Shown here piece by piece: positions 61,380 through 64,000 of a DNA stretch of 64,000 nt; the first letter of the stretch is position 1, and each line of letters opens with the position of its first letter. Both the position numbers and the translations under genes were made by a program. The stretch is from contig CM082579.2 in the NCBI GenBank assembly GCA_040954595.2, forward strand, positions 13,641,834-13,705,833. Direction: 5' to 3'. The notes under the pieces are model-generated. The model saw only the letters and a list, made by a program, of their open reading frames with translations. It did no database searches and had not been told where the DNA came from. Source of the stretch: Balanoglossus misakiensis (lineage: Eukaryota; Animalia; Hemichordata).

Positions 61380-61880
61380 TATCAACATTTTCAGTTTCAT
61401 AATCCTTCTGGATGTCTTTGTCAGAAAATTTTGACAGCAGCCAAAAACTTTCTCTGCCATACTCACAATAAGAGAAAGCTTGCACCTGTGTTTTACTGTT
61501 AAATTACCACACCACAAAATACTGTAAAACGGGTTATTTTCGCAAGCAACTAATTTTTGCGAAATACGCGAGAGCCAACAAAATGTGAAAATAAAAAGTT
61601 GCGTAAAATGTTTTTCGGAGATAAAGATGCAATGAAATACAAGAACATGAAAATTAATCCTCGCATAACAGTTGCCTCTTTTAATATCGCAAAAATTTCC
61701 TGTCACGAAAATAATCCGTTTTACAGTAATATTGAAGGTCAGAATGCTTTTGATGAGAGAACAATACACCAGTTGCAAAGTATCTTGACTAACATAAAAA
61801 TGATTGAATTTTCTGAAGAAGATATAATCTCGCAGTTGGTGTATTGTTTCCTCATCAAAAGCATTCTGACCTTCAATATT
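61380..61880 (-). mobile_element. CR1/L2/Rex-type LINE 3' fragment with a TA-MITE (61522-61726)
   Basis: VYCSLIKSILTFNI..WCGNLT...KL...AEKVFG resembles the RT C-terminal region. MITE TIRs ctgtaaaacgg / ccgttttacag with TA flanks. Confidence 0.6.
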
Positions 61881-64000
61881 ATTCTGTTGAGCTTTACATG
61901 CAATCTAGTCTATATATGTTCAGAGGCGATTTTATCATCGGTAACAGATCCTAAATACTAAAAGAGCATAAAATGACTGCGACAGATACTTTGTTAGTTG
62001 TAACAGGTGTGAAATAAGAATTTGGATAACATTGACAGTATTTTGGCTATTGTTGGGGGGGGGGGGTGGAGCAATAAGTGATTTTGAAACCCCATGTAAC
62101 ACCTGTCTTACCATTAATATGACTGCATTTATGGTACCATAAGGAATGCTAACAAAATGACTGGGGAACCCTGGTTACATTACCCTGATCACCACAATGG
62201 TTCAGTCCAACAGCATTGTTTTCTATGGTAAGGTTGGACCTCTGAAGAGGGAATTGGGGTGGAAGGGTTAAAAAAAAACACTGACTGACAATACTGCCAA
62301 TAACAAAATATTGTTTTATCTTCTCTTTGTATACAGCACACCAATACAGAAACATTGTATATTGATCTGCAACTCTCCTCCATATCCTTTGCCAAGTCAA
62401 GATAGTATTAATTACAGTGGATTTACTGCAGAACAATTGGCTGCCATGTTGGGTGAGGTAAGTAAGCGATGTAAAACATTTCATACAACACTGCATACTA
62501 ACAATAGTCATATCAACCTGACAAGGGAAGATGAAAAAAAACACTAAGCCCCATTGAACAGCTGTATTTTCTTGGAATCTGGTTTTATAATAAACTTTGA
62601 TTGATTGAAATGTGTTTTACATCTAAATGCATCGTTTTGGGAACATTTTCTAGAATGTATGTGATTATTAAATTGAACTTGTATATTTGCTGGGGGCAAC
62701 TATTTTTTCATTAAAGATGAGGAATGCCCAATGTTCGGATTGTCTTCAAAAAGATGACAACAACTCAAGTCTCAAACACTCTTTGTTTTGAATTTTGAAT
62801 TGTTTTTGTTGCATCAGTAACGACTTCACATGTGGATGCCACATTTTGATTCTTAGCAAATGTTGTATTTTGACAGAGAGGAGTCCATTCCTCAATCATA
62901 TCACCCCGCAAACTGCCTGAACTCCAAAAACTTAGCGACAACGCGTGAAGTACAGATGGTACCTATGAAGGATTATGCGGCTGATCCACACCACATGATA
63001 CTTCTCAAAGGTTATCAACTTGCTGGTAGGTATCTGTTGCTATGCAAATATTTGCAATCATACCATCCTGATTCTAAAGTTCACAGGTCAAATATATAAC
63101 TTGTTTATGTGGCCATTTACAACCAATTCATCATTTTGTGGTTTGTTAAGATTTTTATTACTCTAAATTGGTACTTCCATAAAATGGTTGTAATATATTT
63201 AATAATATTTATTACACATCACAAATTATTATGCGCTCTTGGTTGGCTAATACTAAATATGATAGTACTTCATGACCTCTGCACACGAACTGTGCCTTAC
63301 AGAAGTTATTTTCGCGAGTGATGCAGTGTATTCTGTTGCAGTACTTTCACAAGCCAAGCATTTTATTCCCCATCATGTCAATGCCTGGCCAATGAATTAC
63401 ACATCCTCCTGAAAATTGCTGGTAGGTGAGAAATCAGTTTCCATGGTTGCATCCTGGATGAAACACTGGTACAGGTTCAAGACAAGTTTAGTGACATTGT
63501 GTAAATCCACAGAAGAATTTCACATCAACTCTATAATCTTCAATTTTTCTCATGATTGTGTTTCAGAAAAATCTGTGTCAAGTGGTGATACATAAGAGGT
63601 TGTCATCATGAAACCTAAAACCATAGCAACCACTTCAGTGTCTACAACCACTACCACAACACAGCCATTGAAACCCGCATCAACAGTTACCATGTTTACA
63701 GCATCTACCTCCAGTATGACCTCAAATCCTCTCAAATCAACTGTTGGAAGTTCAACTCCAGGTAAAGTCTCCAGTGTTGCTTATGAGACATTTGTCAAAT
63801 TAGGTCCGCACATAATTAGACCACCAAGTGAAGTGTGAGATATAGTAGAATATTGCCATGTTGATCTTCACTACAATATTAGTTAAAGTTATATAGCACT
63901 CTGTGATCAACGAGTTGAAAATACAGCATGAGCTGTAGTCCCCTTCATCAGCTGTACACGTAGAATGAACAGAGAAACAGAGAATCATGGGGTATTCAAA

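Larger units (their letters stand above)
60115..63761 (+). pseudogene. MED25: Mediator subunit 25 (VWA domain) exons, disabled
   Basis: Exons 60115-60213 (ISEGLSTALQLFDD), 62337-62457 (KHCILICNSPPYPLP...YSG), 62877-63025 (RGVHSSIISPRKLP / DPHHMILLKG) and 63567-63761 (T/S-rich). All have AG/GT boundaries. Frameshift in the third exon and TAA at 63593-63595. Confidence 0.88.

Overview
This is an AT-rich, intron-containing animal genomic window, probably from a marine invertebrate (a deuterostome is my inference from the repeat repertoire). It is dominated by nested and decayed transposons. From left to right: (1) a BEN-domain fragment split by a palindromic MITE. (2) A 15-kb palindrome with arms 3797-9998 and 12646-18847 around a 2.6-kb spacer, built from a dead BEL/Pao element and a rearranged Gypsy element, followed by the BEL 3' LTR. 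(3) A ~500-bp satellite with a 31-bp palindrome in each unit, interrupted by an L1/Tx1 fragment. (4) An RTEX-like LINE fragment. (5) An intact terminal exon of a DAPK1-like ROCO gene (COR + death domain). (6) A spliced Kolobok-type transposase pseudogene with a complete Sola2 element (32-bp TIRs, 4-bp TSD) in one intron. (7) A spliced RAG1/Transib/Chapaev-like transposase pseudogene with a SAP domain inserted in its catalytic core and an Sld2/RecQ4-N-like C-terminus. (8) A solo LTR, an Academ-like MITE and a 715-bp templated insertion flanked by a 38-bp duplication. (9) Four exons of a disabled MED25 copy with MITE-filled introns. All assignments come from reading motifs by eye; no searches were run.
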